Positions 37,896-46,720 of a stretch of 54,605 nt of DNA are shown piece by piece. The position numbers and the translations under genes were made by a program. Under the pieces are notes generated by a model. It was not told the origin of the DNA, searched no databases, and saw nothing but the letters and a program-made list of their open reading frames with translations. Origin of the DNA: a bacterium. GTDB taxonomy: Bacteria > Patescibacteriota > UBA1384 > CAILIB01. Each line of letters starts with the position of its first letter. Position 1 is the first letter of the stretch. The DNA is taken from contig JBAXRQ010000003.1 in assembly GCA_037131105.1 (NCBI GenBank), forward strand, positions 1 to 54,605. The letters run 5' to 3'.

Positions 37896-38518
37896 TAGCA
37901 GACCCGCCCCTTGGTCTTACCCTTGGACGCGCAGCCATCGCCGCGACTAGTCGAGCCGCCCTTAGCCATCTTGACCATCCGGGTCAGCGTACGTCCCTTA
38001 GCCTCGACTCCACTGCCAATACGCTTATCGCTGCTTTTATTGTCAGACAGCGGGATATTAGAGACTTGCTTACCCTTAGCAATCCTACCGCCCTTTTTCA
38101 TACCGGGCATAGGAGGCGCACCAGCAGGGGGGCCTGACGGCATACCCATGCTAGGGCCGGGGCCGGGAGGGCCAGCCTGTGCCATAAGAGCAGCAAGACC
38201 CGCAGGATTAATCCGGGGCTTCTTCACGCCACCACCGCGCTTATAGCCCTTCGGCTCGCCCTTTTCCTCGTCAGCTTCAGCCGACTCTTCCTTGACCATG
38301 CTCTTGGGAGCGCCATGCGACTTCATCCAAGCAGCGTGTTTCTTTTCCATCGCAGGACTAGCGTTCTTCATGATCCCTCCGGATCCAAATTTGTGGCCCT
38401 TGTCGGCCTTGTTAAAATCTTTCCCAACTGATTGGGAAATGCCGACCTTCTTGGCGAAGCCCGGATTGTGGGCTACTGCCGCCATCATACGGGCCTGTTT
38501 GGCTGACTTACTGGGCAT
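37895..38518 (-). CDS. Basic Lys/Gly-rich xxGG-motif protein
   Basis: MPSKSAKQARMMAAVAHNP; FGSGG, YKRGG, MKKGG, MAKGG; C-terminal RGDGCASKGKTKG. Confidence 0.65.
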   Translation of the reverse strand: MPSKSAKQARMMAAVAHNPGFAKKVGISQSVGKDFNKADKGHKFGSGGIMKNASPAMEKKHAAWMKSHGAPKSMVKEESAEADEEKGEPKGYKRGGGVKKPRINPAGLAALMAQAGPPGPGPSMGMPSGPPAGAPPMPGMKKGGRIAKGKQVSNIPLSDNKSSDKRIGSGVEAKGRTLTRMVKMAKGGSTSRGDGCASKGKTKGRVC

Positions 38519-38765
38519 TTAATACGCCACTCACTGCGTGTAGCGCAAACAGGGACAGGACTCCGATAACACCCCCAGCGACGGTAGCGATAAAGTCGTA
38601 CCAGTCCGGGGTGCCATAGCCGAGACTATCGACGCCTTCTTTCGCTGCCCCTGCGACGGTAGCCGCTAGGAGTGCGTAAAGGGGACCGATGGTCGGTGAG
38701 AGGGTAGCAGCAATAGCCCAGCCGCCGAGGGCGTGGGCGCGCTTGTCGAGGGGAAATTCAATCAC
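38508..38765 (-). CDS. Small membrane protein (VanZ/YfiM-like pattern)
   Basis: DKRAH..GG, AGAAKE..D, DWYDFIATVAGG, hydrophobic helices. Confidence 0.55.
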   Translation of the reverse strand: MIEFPLDKRAHALGGWAIAATLSPTIGPLYALLAATVAGAAKEGVDSLGYGTPDWYDFIATVAGGVIGVLSLFALHAVSGVLNAQ

Positions 38766-38767
38766 GA

Positions 38768-40099
38768 TCAGCCTACCTTCCAGTTCGTGCCGTCGCTATA
38801 TACCGGGATAAACACTGCGCCGCCCGCTGCGACGGTTGCGCCGAATGTTGGGGTTAGTGCGTCTGTGGCAAACGCCCGTGATCCCGCGCCGACTGTGGCT
38901 GCTGCGGGCAGACCCGCGACCGTGAACGATGCGAACTTGATTGCGCCGGTCGTCACGATTGCGTTCTGACCCGCCAGCGGCGAAACCGTCAGCGCGACTC
39001 CCGCAGTAGGTGCGGACAGGGTTGCGGCACCAACGGAACTGATGGAGAGGCGCTGCGCGGAATTAGTCCATAACCCGACAGCCACCGCAGCATTTGTCCC
39101 TATGTTTAGGGCCGGGCTTGACACAATCTCAGTTGTAGAACCCGCAAACACCGCGCCGTTAGAAACGGACATCCCACCTATAGTTGCTACTACTACGTTT
39201 GAGCCGGCAGTATTGACCGTAAGTGACGCGCCACTCGTAGGCGCGTTGATCGTGACATTGCCCGTCGAGCTGACAGCGACGCGTTGCGCGGCGACGGCAC
39301 CCGTCGTCGTCCAGATCCCGAGGTCGATGGCGTCCTTCGACGTGCTCTGGTGCGTGGCCGTGAAGTACACACGAGCGCGACCCGCCATGCCGAGCGCGAG
39401 CGCGGAGCCGTCGCCCGCCGCGACCGTGCCGGGGTCGGCGTAGGTGAACGACGACAGGAGCCCGGTCGATCCAGTCAGCGCCGCCGCCGCGAGCGTGGTC
39501 GTGATCACGCCGGAAATATTCAATGCGCTATTCGCGCTCGCACCACCGACGGTAAGTGCGATGCCGCTTGACGGGGCGGCGATGGTGACGTTTCCGAGTG
39601 GGCCAATAGAGAATCTATCAGTGCCAGCAGGTATCGGGTTGCCGTTCTGCGCCGTCGATTGCCGGATAACAAAATCACCGTAAGCATTCTGGCTGGTAAG
39701 GACAGCCCAGTTGCGGTTCGCTGGATCTGCAAACGTGTTGTAAAGGCCAATACCCGTAGGCGAGGTAGAGCTTGTTGCGACAATCGCCGCAGTGGTAAGG
39801 GCGGTGTTACTGACCGTCAGTCCATTGCCACTCGTAGGCGCGGCAATGGTGACGTTGCCAGTGGCGGCAATATTGAACTTACTAACCCCGCCCACCTGAA
39901 AGTCTGCCAGCAGACTCCCGGCTCCACTAGCCGTATTGACGACGTTGACTTTAAGCAGCGTCGCCACGCCCGTCGTATTCCAAGTGCCCGACATATCGAG
40001 CAGCGCGTTTGCGGCGGCTCCTGTGAGCGAGTAGCCGGTGAGTCCGATGCCTGTGGTGTTGGCAATCGTCGTGAGAGTCGAAAGAGGTACGTTAGCCAT
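38768..40099 (-). CDS. Modular fibre protein
   Basis: MANVPLSTL N-terminus, four GNVTIxAPxSG-type hinges, C-terminal VYSDGTNWKVG. Confidence 0.68.
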   Translation of the reverse strand: MANVPLSTLTTIANTTGIGLTGYSLTGAAANALLDMSGTWNTTGVATLLKVNVVNTASGAGSLLADFQVGGVSKFNIAATGNVTIAAPTSGNGLTVSNTALTTAAIVATSSTSPTGIGLYNTFADPANRNWAVLTSQNAYGDFVIRQSTAQNGNPIPAGTDRFSIGPLGNVTIAAPSSGIALTVGGASANSALNISGVITTTLAAAALTGSTGLLSSFTYADPGTVAAGDGSALALGMAGRARVYFTATHQSTSKDAIDLGIWTTTGAVAAQRVAVSSTGNVTINAPTSGASLTVNTAGSNVVVATIGGMSVSNGAVFAGSTTEIVSSPALNIGTNAAVAVGLWTNSAQRLSISSVGAATLSAPTAGVALTVSPLAGQNAIVTTGAIKFASFTVAGLPAAATVGAGSRAFATDALTPTFGATVAAGGAVFIPVYSDGTNWKVG

Positions 40100-40107
40100 G
40101 ATAAATC

Positions 40108-42537
40108 CTAGAGGTAGTTGACTACCGAATCACCAGCATCAGAGACAACAAAGTTGCCAAGCGCGTCTATTACTAAGGAGCTAATTTTGGTAAGAAGCTG
40201 CAACTGCGTATTCGACAGCGCGGTGTTGTAGTAGGCGAGGGACTGAATGTGGCCGTTGAGGAAGTTGACGGTCCCGCTTCTGCTACCAATGCCGATAGAT
40301 GCCGGAGATGCAATTACGGCCGCGTTCACGTTATTCGCTACCGTCCCGCCATTTGTACATCCGTTATGGTTGCCAGCGAGATAGGCGTACGCCGTCTTGA
40401 AGGAAACATTCTTCGTCAAGGCTCCCGTGACTGACTGGCTGAACGATCCGTTCAGGCCATAGTTGACGGTGGTTGACCCGAATACGCCGGGAGCAGTGGC
40501 CGTCGATGTGTCCCACAGCGAGCTTGGTCCGGGGATGTTCGCCGTATCCGCCACCGCCACAATCGTCCCGCTGGGCTGGTTGTACCAAGCTCCCGGCGTA
40601 ATCGTCGCGTTATCCGCATTCCTCGGCACCGCCGCCGCAGCGGTCGGGATGTAGCTGGTGGCGAAGGCTCCGGCTTCTAGCTGTACGCCCCAAATGTACA
40701 GCCCCGCTGCGTTCAGGCCAGTAGCAGGCGCGGTAGAAAGATCCGCATCAGTACTGTAATTGAATACTTGAATGGCCGTTGCCGCGTTGCTGGTAACTGT
40801 GCAAACGCACTGATACCAACCATTTCCCACATACACCATCGAGTAAGACGGCCCAGTAAAGCCGGCTCCAATAATGGCGGAACTTCCCAACACTCCAGTA
40901 GAGACGTTGAACCAAAATCTATAACCATTTGCAGAGCCATCATAAAGCGTTGCGCAAATCCATGAGCGCCCCGCTGCCTTTACGTACAAAGAATATGTGT
41001 AAGTGATTGCACTTGCGGCTTTGGATACTGCCTGATGGGCTTCGTGTGCAGCGGATGCAGAAGCGTTTTCAACAAGCGCGCTAGCATCTGAAATTCCAGA
41101 GGGAGAAACAGTTGCATTTGCAGTAATCGTGCAATTAGTTACCGACCATACCGTCGCCTGCGTCAGGTCCTGTGAATACAGGCACAGATTCGTCCTTGCC
41201 TCCTCCACCAACAGGCCGAGCGGGGCGCACTGCGTGATCGCAGCCGTCGTTGTCGCGGTGTAGGTGAGGGCGGACGCATAATCATTCCACTGACCGCCGT
41301 AGACATACCAGTAAAAGCCCGGAGTCACTGCAAATGTAGCCCCGTAGTAGAAAGACAGTGAGTCTCCCATGGTGATGCCGGATGTCGCAGTCATAGACAC
41401 GCGCTTCCAGCCATTACCGGCATCAGAAACTAGATACGAGCCATTCGCCGTAGATCCGCTAGTAGCGCTCGCAAGACAGTTAACTAACGTAGTTGATGTC
41501 GTATTGTTACGAAACTGTAGGTTTATATTGCTAAGACCATAGTTGGCACTCGGCCTAACGTAGATGCTAACTGTCGCGGGCAAACATGTTGCCGTGAACG
41601 CCCTTACCGTGACATCAGCACCTGATACGGACATGATCTGCGACGCCGCCGTGCCACCGAATGGGTCGGCGGTGGCATTGGGGGTTACAGAGAACCCTCC
41701 GTTCCCCCAGAGCGCGGGACTGGTGAAGTCATTGCTGAATGTAAAAAGGTTCTGCGCCACCAGCGTCGTCGGGTCGTAGTCCTGACGCGGGCCATAGTAG
41801 GCCGTGCCAGTCGTCACTGCATATGCGCCTACGGTGCCGCCGTTCTCAAGCTGGCCGCCCCAGACGTAAATGCCGCTAGCCCCGCCCGCCGCGCCAGTGA
41901 CGATCTGGTCAATGTTGCCGCTCGCCCACGCGACGTTGGACGGCGTGAACAGCAGCGAAGTTCCTGCCGTTGTGGGCCGCACAACCGTGATAGAGCAACG
42001 GTACCAGCCATTGCCTACGTTAGTGATCGTAGGGTTGGATACCGTAGTCGCAGCGTCAGATCCGGGAGTACCAGCTGTGCCTGTCAGTAGGTTGAACTGG
42101 CAACCTGCAACACTGGCCTGTACGCCTAGATTGAACAGGCTGTATTCGGCGGCTTTCGCGTACATCGAAAACGTGTAAGTAGCGCCGACTGTAAGCGTTG
42201 GCTGCGGCAATACCTGTACGCTGGAGTTAATCGCCGTAGACTGTAGGCCAATCTTAATGGCTGTAGCCGTGCTGTCAGGAGCGGTATTGTTCGTAGAGAC
42301 GGCAGTAGGGCCGTTGAAGAGCCAGCCGGGGTTGTTACCAAAGCCAGATTGGCTTCTTGGAACAAGGTTCATCGGCGCGTACTGAATCAGCCGGTTCTGG
42401 CCCATCAGTGTCGCGGCAGTGCCACGACTGAAAGTCACATTGGCTGGGAAATTCGGCCCAGTAAAGCCAAGTGAGAAGATCGGTCCACCCGCAGCACCAA
42501 CACCGCGAGTGAACCCATGACCGAAGCCAAAGGTCAT
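40108..42537 (-). CDS. Head spike/fibre protein with three tandem carbohydrate-binding-like domains
   Basis: TFSRGTAAT, GLLVEEARTNL, GNGW(Y/K) x3, GVQLEAGAFATSYIPT; directly after the spike-base gene. Confidence 0.72.
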   Translation of the reverse strand: MTFGFGHGFTRGVGAAGGPIFSLGFTGPNFPANVTFSRGTAATLMGQNRLIQYAPMNLVPRSQSGFGNNPGWLFNGPTAVSTNNTAPDSTATAIKIGLQSTAINSSVQVLPQPTLTVGATYTFSMYAKAAEYSLFNLGVQASVAGCQFNLLTGTAGTPGSDAATTVSNPTITNVGNGWYRCSITVVRPTTAGTSLLFTPSNVAWASGNIDQIVTGAAGGASGIYVWGGQLENGGTVGAYAVTTGTAYYGPRQDYDPTTLVAQNLFTFSNDFTSPALWGNGGFSVTPNATADPFGGTAASQIMSVSGADVTVRAFTATCLPATVSIYVRPSANYGLSNINLQFRNNTTSTTLVNCLASATSGSTANGSYLVSDAGNGWKRVSMTATSGITMGDSLSFYYGATFAVTPGFYWYVYGGQWNDYASALTYTATTTAAITQCAPLGLLVEEARTNLCLYSQDLTQATVWSVTNCTITANATVSPSGISDASALVENASASAAHEAHQAVSKAASAITYTYSLYVKAAGRSWICATLYDGSANGYRFWFNVSTGVLGSSAIIGAGFTGPSYSMVYVGNGWYQCVCTVTSNAATAIQVFNYSTDADLSTAPATGLNAAGLYIWGVQLEAGAFATSYIPTAAAAVPRNADNATITPGAWYNQPSGTIVAVADTANIPGPSSLWDTSTATAPGVFGSTTVNYGLNGSFSQSVTGALTKNVSFKTAYAYLAGNHNGCTNGGTVANNVNAAVIASPASIGIGSRSGTVNFLNGHIQSLAYYNTALSNTQLQLLTKISSLVIDALGNFVVSDAGDSVVNYL

Positions 42538-42538
42538 A

Positions 42539-42796
42539 TCAGTAAATCCCAACCAGACCTGACGCCGTAAGAGTAGCAGCCCAGACACGCAGTACCTGTA
42601 CTGGTAATACGGTTCCGGTCGCTACACCTGTGAACGTAACAACGTCTCCGTTAGCCGTAGTCACCTTAATGGTGCCGCCCGTACCCACGTAGACAATCGC
42701 AACGTTCTGGAGGTTGACAGTATCACTCGCCGTAATAGCGAACGCCCCCGCAGGATACTGCGGGAACGTCGGGCTATAGTTAGTCTGCTTACCCAT
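42539..42796 (-). CDS. Head spike base/decoration protein (RcGTA-like)
   Basis: AITASD...VYVGTGGTIKV...GDVVTF.GV..GTVLPVQV.RV pattern. Confidence 0.7.
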   Translation of the reverse strand: MGKQTNYSPTFPQYPAGAFAITASDTVNLQNVAIVYVGTGGTIKVTTANGDVVTFTGVATGTVLPVQVLRVWAATLTASGLVGIY

Positions 42797-42810
42797 GACT
42801 AACTCCTAGA

Positions 42811-43362
42811 TTACGCCTGAGCGTAAGTCGGGGCGGCGGTACCGTCAGCGTTACGGACAGTATACGCAATCTGGATGTTAGCCGTACCGCCCGAGGTATA
42901 GTTACCAGCGGTGGCGAAAATAAGCTGAACAATCAGATCGCTGGTACCCACGTTACTCCACAACGCAATGTTCGTAGTATTCGGGGACATCGTAGTACGT
43001 CCAGCAGCAACAGTAGACGTAGCACTAATCTGTGCCAACTGAGTAGCCGCCGCAAAGTTAGACGAAAGACCCAACGTTGCATTACCCGTCTGAACCGTCA
43101 GCGTTGTCGCTGCAGTAGCGCCTACAAACGCTGTAATGACATCAACAATGATGTCATGGATAACCGCGCCAGCCGGGAGAACCGCAATAGCCGTCGTAAC
43201 GCCCGTATACGGTGCAGCGGCAGAAACGCCAGCAGGGGTCGTATACGAAGCAGTCTGGGTGACTACTGTCGCGCCCGTGTTACGAATCAGACCAGCCGTC
43301 GAACCCGTCGTATTCTTGACGGTACCGAGCAGCCACGGACCAAGGTGAGTTGCAAGACCCAT
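42811..43362 (-). CDS. Capsid decoration/cement protein
   Basis: Directly after the major capsid gene; MGLATHLGPW...; LPAGAVIHDIIVDV jelly-roll-like beta pattern; AAGGAG RBS. Confidence 0.6.
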   Translation of the reverse strand: MGLATHLGPWLLGTVKNTTGSTAGLIRNTGATVVTQTASYTTPAGVSAAAPYTGVTTAIAVLPAGAVIHDIIVDVITAFVGATAATTLTVQTGNATLGLSSNFAAATQLAQISATSTVAAGRTTMSPNTTNIALWSNVGTSDLIVQLIFATAGNYTSGGTANIQIAYTVRNADGTAAPTYAQA

Positions 43363-43368
43363 AAATCA

Positions 43369-43426
43369 CTCCTTATGCACAAGTTGCCATGTCATCTGTG
43401 CATTGTCCCGTTAGGGCTGACATGGC
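43369..43426 (-). promoter_or_regulatory. Structured RNA leader (pseudoknot or alternative helices) abutting an RBS
   Basis: 9-bp GCCAUGUCA/UGACAUGGC helix, CCC-UAAC-GGG hairpin, and a crossing AUGCACAG/UUGUGCAU helix ending at AAGGAG. Confidence 0.55.
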
Positions 43427-43428
43427 TC

Positions 43429-43465
43429 AAAAAATTAGTGGGGGGAGAGGTTGCCCCCTCCCCCC
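43429..43465 (-). terminator. Terminator after the major capsid gene
   Basis: 11-bp G/C-rich stem with GCAA loop (43440-43465), then ACUAA and U6. Confidence 0.75.
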
Positions 43466-43471
43466 GTATCA

Positions 43472-44383
43472 TCAGGTCGAACCAGCCGAACCAAAGGCAC
43501 CCAGCGGGTCACTCCAACCGAAGCTGTAACGCTCGCGGCTCTTGTAACGCACGTTGCCAGTGTCGAAGTCGCCGTCCATGCTGTTAGCCAGCGGAGTACG
43601 GACGAAGTGCTTCAGGCCATTCGGGACATCAGTCAGCAGGTACCAGCTATTGCTGTCCGTGATGAAGTGATTGACCTTGTAGCCTTCCGGAACCGAACCC
43701 ATCGCCTTCAGCGCGTTGATGTCGTTGTCAGTGGTGCCGACACGGAGTTCCGTATCCAGCAGCCGCTTGGCAACGAACATCAGGCCCGGAGGGACAACCA
43801 GCTTACGCGGCTTGGCCGCGATGAGCAGACCGCGCTCATCCGTCCACGCCGCGATCTGAATGACCGCAGCCTCAAGCGAAGTCTCGTTGAGATCTGCCTG
43901 AGTGGTGAACGTGTTGCTGTTAGAAGCACCATTAACCAGAGGATGCGCCGTCGAGAACAGCGCCACACCATCGCCACCAGTCACAGCGGCACTAAAGCCG
44001 TTGTTGATGACCGAAGCACCCTTAACCTGCTTCGTATACGCCATCGCCCGAGCGAGCGACTTCGTATAACGCTTGCTGAGTGAGTCGTACAGGTTGTCCT
44101 CAATCGCCTCTTCCGTCAGGGAGAAGCCAAGAGCAATCGTCTCATGGTTATAGCGAGCGGTCCATGCTTCCTGCGCGTTGTCGTACTGGATGCCCGAACC
44201 TTCCGACTTGACAGGAGCCGCCGAGAAACCCGACAGCTTCGTCTCTTCTTCAAAAGAACGTTCCGAGGTCTCTACCTCAAACAGTTCCTTATGCTCCTCG
44301 CCGTAGGTCGCATACTCCATACCGAACAGAGCGTTCAGGCCGGGGAGCAGTTCCTTGAGGAGTTGTGCGCGTGAAATAGCCAT
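43472..44383 (-). CDS. Major capsid protein
   Basis: MAISRAQLLKELLPGLNALFG, SERSFEEE, EEAIEDNLY, DFDTGNVRYKSRERYSFGWSDP; high GC codon bias; AGGAG RBS. Confidence 0.92.
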   Translation of the reverse strand: MAISRAQLLKELLPGLNALFGMEYATYGEEHKELFEVETSERSFEEETKLSGFSAAPVKSEGSGIQYDNAQEAWTARYNHETIALGFSLTEEAIEDNLYDSLSKRYTKSLARAMAYTKQVKGASVINNGFSAAVTGGDGVALFSTAHPLVNGASNSNTFTTQADLNETSLEAAVIQIAAWTDERGLLIAAKPRKLVVPPGLMFVAKRLLDTELRVGTTDNDINALKAMGSVPEGYKVNHFITDSNSWYLLTDVPNGLKHFVRTPLANSMDGDFDTGNVRYKSRERYSFGWSDPLGAFGSAGST

Positions 44384-44398
44384 TTAATTACTCCTCAA

Positions 44399-45337
44399 TT
44401 ACACAATAGCGATGGACGTATAGTAACCATGAGTACCGAGGTTGAACTTAACCACGGCCTCCGGAAACTGCGTCACAACGAGGGTGGGGGTACCCGTGAT
44501 GCTCGTCAGCGGGGCGTTAGAGATGACGATGTTCGCGGTGTTGTTGGCCGTGATGGCCGTGGCAACAAACGAACCCGTATCAACCAACTGACCGTTGGGG
44601 GCAATCCACGAAAGCTGCGCACCGACCGGGACCGCGAAGGTCAGGTTAGCCGAAGCAACAACAGTCGTTGAGTTACCACCGCTGGAGTACGTCGCCGTAC
44701 CCAGAACAACCGCCGTATCACGAACCACATCTACCATCCGGAACGGATAGGCGCTGGCAGTAAGCTCGCCAGCAATAGACTGGGTAATCGCCGTGTACAG
44801 TAGACCGTTAGACGAGTCGCCCGTGTTCACGTTACCCGCGAGATCCGAACCCGTGAGGTTCTGACCGATCATCGACGGAGCAACCGAACTAACAATCACG
44901 CCGCCCTGCGCAGTGACGACAGCAGCCTTGAAGGCCGTATCCGGGTCATCGCAAACGAACGCAACCGCATCGCCAGCCAGCGTCGAAGCGGGCCAGTACT
45001 GCGAGTAACGCTTCTGCTTGGTCGTGGGATCCGTGAACGAGCAACCGAGGAACACACCGACAGTACTCGTCGTACCGCCAACCACCGCACCGGCACCGGT
45101 CGTATACGAACTACCCGCCGCAGCGGTGATCGTACCAGCCCAGTTCAGGGCACCAGCGGTCGTAATCGCAACACGGTTAACCTGACCACGCGAGACGGAG
45201 ACGAAATCCCCGTTGTAAATGCTCGTCGCATAGCCATAGGCAATCTGGATTTGACGGGTGGCACCCGCAAACGGCTGACTGCCAATAAGATTAACCGGCT
45301 TAAACCCATAGGGGGCTGAAACAGTCGGATAAGCCAT
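44399..45337 (-). CDS. Capsid-associated (minor capsid/cement) protein
   Basis: APYGFKPV...IYNGDFV...GVFLGCSFTDP...DDPD; directly upstream of the major capsid gene. Confidence 0.7.
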   Translation of the reverse strand: MAYPTVSAPYGFKPVNLIGSQPFAGATRQIQIAYGYATSIYNGDFVSVSRGQVNRVAITTAGALNWAGTITAAAGSSYTTGAGAVVGGTTSTVGVFLGCSFTDPTTKQKRYSQYWPASTLAGDAVAFVCDDPDTAFKAAVVTAQGGVIVSSVAPSMIGQNLTGSDLAGNVNTGDSSNGLLYTAITQSIAGELTASAYPFRMVDVVRDTAVVLGTATYSSGGNSTTVVASANLTFAVPVGAQLSWIAPNGQLVDTGSFVATAITANNTANIVISNAPLTSITGTPTLVVTQFPEAVVKFNLGTHGYYTSIAIV

Positions 45338-45353
45338 TGTAGACTCCTAAAAA

Positions 45354-45809
45354 TTAAGAACGATTTCCACGGCCAAACGAGACATCCGACTTCTTTTCAG
45401 AGAAAAGAGGCATCCGTGCATCGTTCTGCCGCATGAAGTTATTATCGACAGCTTCGATCTGAGACTGAGCTTGGCGGCGGTAATATTCATCCCGCTGCTT
45501 CATCAGTTCAACCGGGGCCTTGCAAAGAAGAAGTCCACCGTTTTCAACGTTGTCTTTATAACGACTGTTGGCATCGGCGTACATCATGAGTTCCGGATGG
45601 TCAGCGGCCTTCACAGGCTCCCAACCTTCACGAAGCTTTGCGGACGTATTAGTCGGGTCAGGCTGACCCATAATGGCTGTCCGGATCCATCGGAAAGTCC
45701 ACCCGTTCTGCGGGATTGGACTAGGAAGAGCTGATGGCGGGGTCCAAGTCTGCGGGCGCTTGGTAATCTCCCGAGTTTCTACCTCTCGGTTCATACGAGG
45801 ATCAGACAT
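45354..45809 (-). CDS. Conserved head morphogenesis protein
   Basis: WTPPSALP, FRWIR, KLREGWEPV, GGLLLCKAP. Confidence 0.7.
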   Translation of the reverse strand: MSDPRMNREVETREITKRPQTWTPPSALPSPIPQNGWTFRWIRTAIMGQPDPTNTSAKLREGWEPVKAADHPELMMYADANSRYKDNVENGGLLLCKAPVELMKQRDEYYRRQAQSQIEAVDNNFMRQNDARMPLFSEKKSDVSFGRGNRS

Positions 45810-46710
45810 TGTTGTTCTCCAGTTTGATTTTTTCACGGGCATACGCTTCAGGGGTCAGTCCTAATCTTTTAGCAATTGCGGCTTCACTAGCCGTGATTCG
45901 GATCTGCTTAGAAGAAGTAGACCGTGTTGCCGGGGCAACTACAGTGCTGTTCCTGCGGGTGGGCTTGCTTGCCTCATCCGTATCGGACTCCTCTGAGAAG
46001 TTCTCAGGGAATCGCTTCCGCATCGTCGTATCAACTCGACGGTAGTACTCGTCGGAGCGCGGATCTAAACCCGCGTCAAGCAACTCATCATGCAAGCCTA
46101 GCGCAAGGGCGGTCATAGACTTGTTCCGGCCAAACCACGTATTCTTTTCTTGCCAAGCTTCGGCTTTTTGATCCGGCTGGGGAGAAGACTGCGGCTGTGG
46201 AGCCTGATATACAGGTTGTACACCTGATTCTTGTTCCTGTAAAGAAGGACGGAATTTCTCTACTTCACGAACTTTTAGCTTCGCATCTGTAAAGGTATCC
46301 AGAGCATCGCTAATCTTGTCAGCGTCCCCCGATTCCTGCGCTTGTTTCAAGGCTGTCTTGGCAGAAAGTAGGTCATTAGAAGCTGATTTGTTAACTTCAC
46401 TAATGAAGACTCGCTCGCCAGCCCCGAGCCGCTGCTTAAGTGCCTGATTTTCCTGATAAGTATTACGGGCAAAGTGAAGAGCCTCTTCCCGCTCGCGGGT
46501 GGCTGATTCCTTAGCACGGCGCTCGTCATGCCAGACTTTCTTCATCTGGCTAATGCGGGTCTTTACCTTATCGGAATATTCCTCAAGGTCGTCCTTATCC
46601 AGTTCTTCCACAATATTTTCTGGAAGGGGGGAACGATTACGATCCGCTGGCGGGGTATCGTCTACAACCAAAACCTTGATTTCATCGTCTTCTGGAGTCT
46701 CGGGGGGCAT
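45802..46710 (-). CDS. Scaffolding protein
   Basis: Acidic coiled coil, W..KN.WFG, C-terminal IAKRLGLTPEAYA; AAGGA RBS before ATG 46710. Confidence 0.72.
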   Translation of the reverse strand: MPPETPEDDEIKVLVVDDTPPADRNRSPLPENIVEELDKDDLEEYSDKVKTRISQMKKVWHDERRAKESATREREEALHFARNTYQENQALKQRLGAGERVFISEVNKSASNDLLSAKTALKQAQESGDADKISDALDTFTDAKLKVREVEKFRPSLQEQESGVQPVYQAPQPQSSPQPDQKAEAWQEKNTWFGRNKSMTALALGLHDELLDAGLDPRSDEYYRRVDTTMRKRFPENFSEESDTDEASKPTRRNSTVVAPATRSTSSKQIRITASEAAIAKRLGLTPEAYAREKIKLENNNV

Positions 46711-46720
46711 ATTTATTTCC

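Noticed and set aside
43472-43500. Programmed frameshift or readthrough extending the capsid protein
   Set aside because: Tandem TGA TGA stops, no slippery heptamer, and a strong terminator follows.
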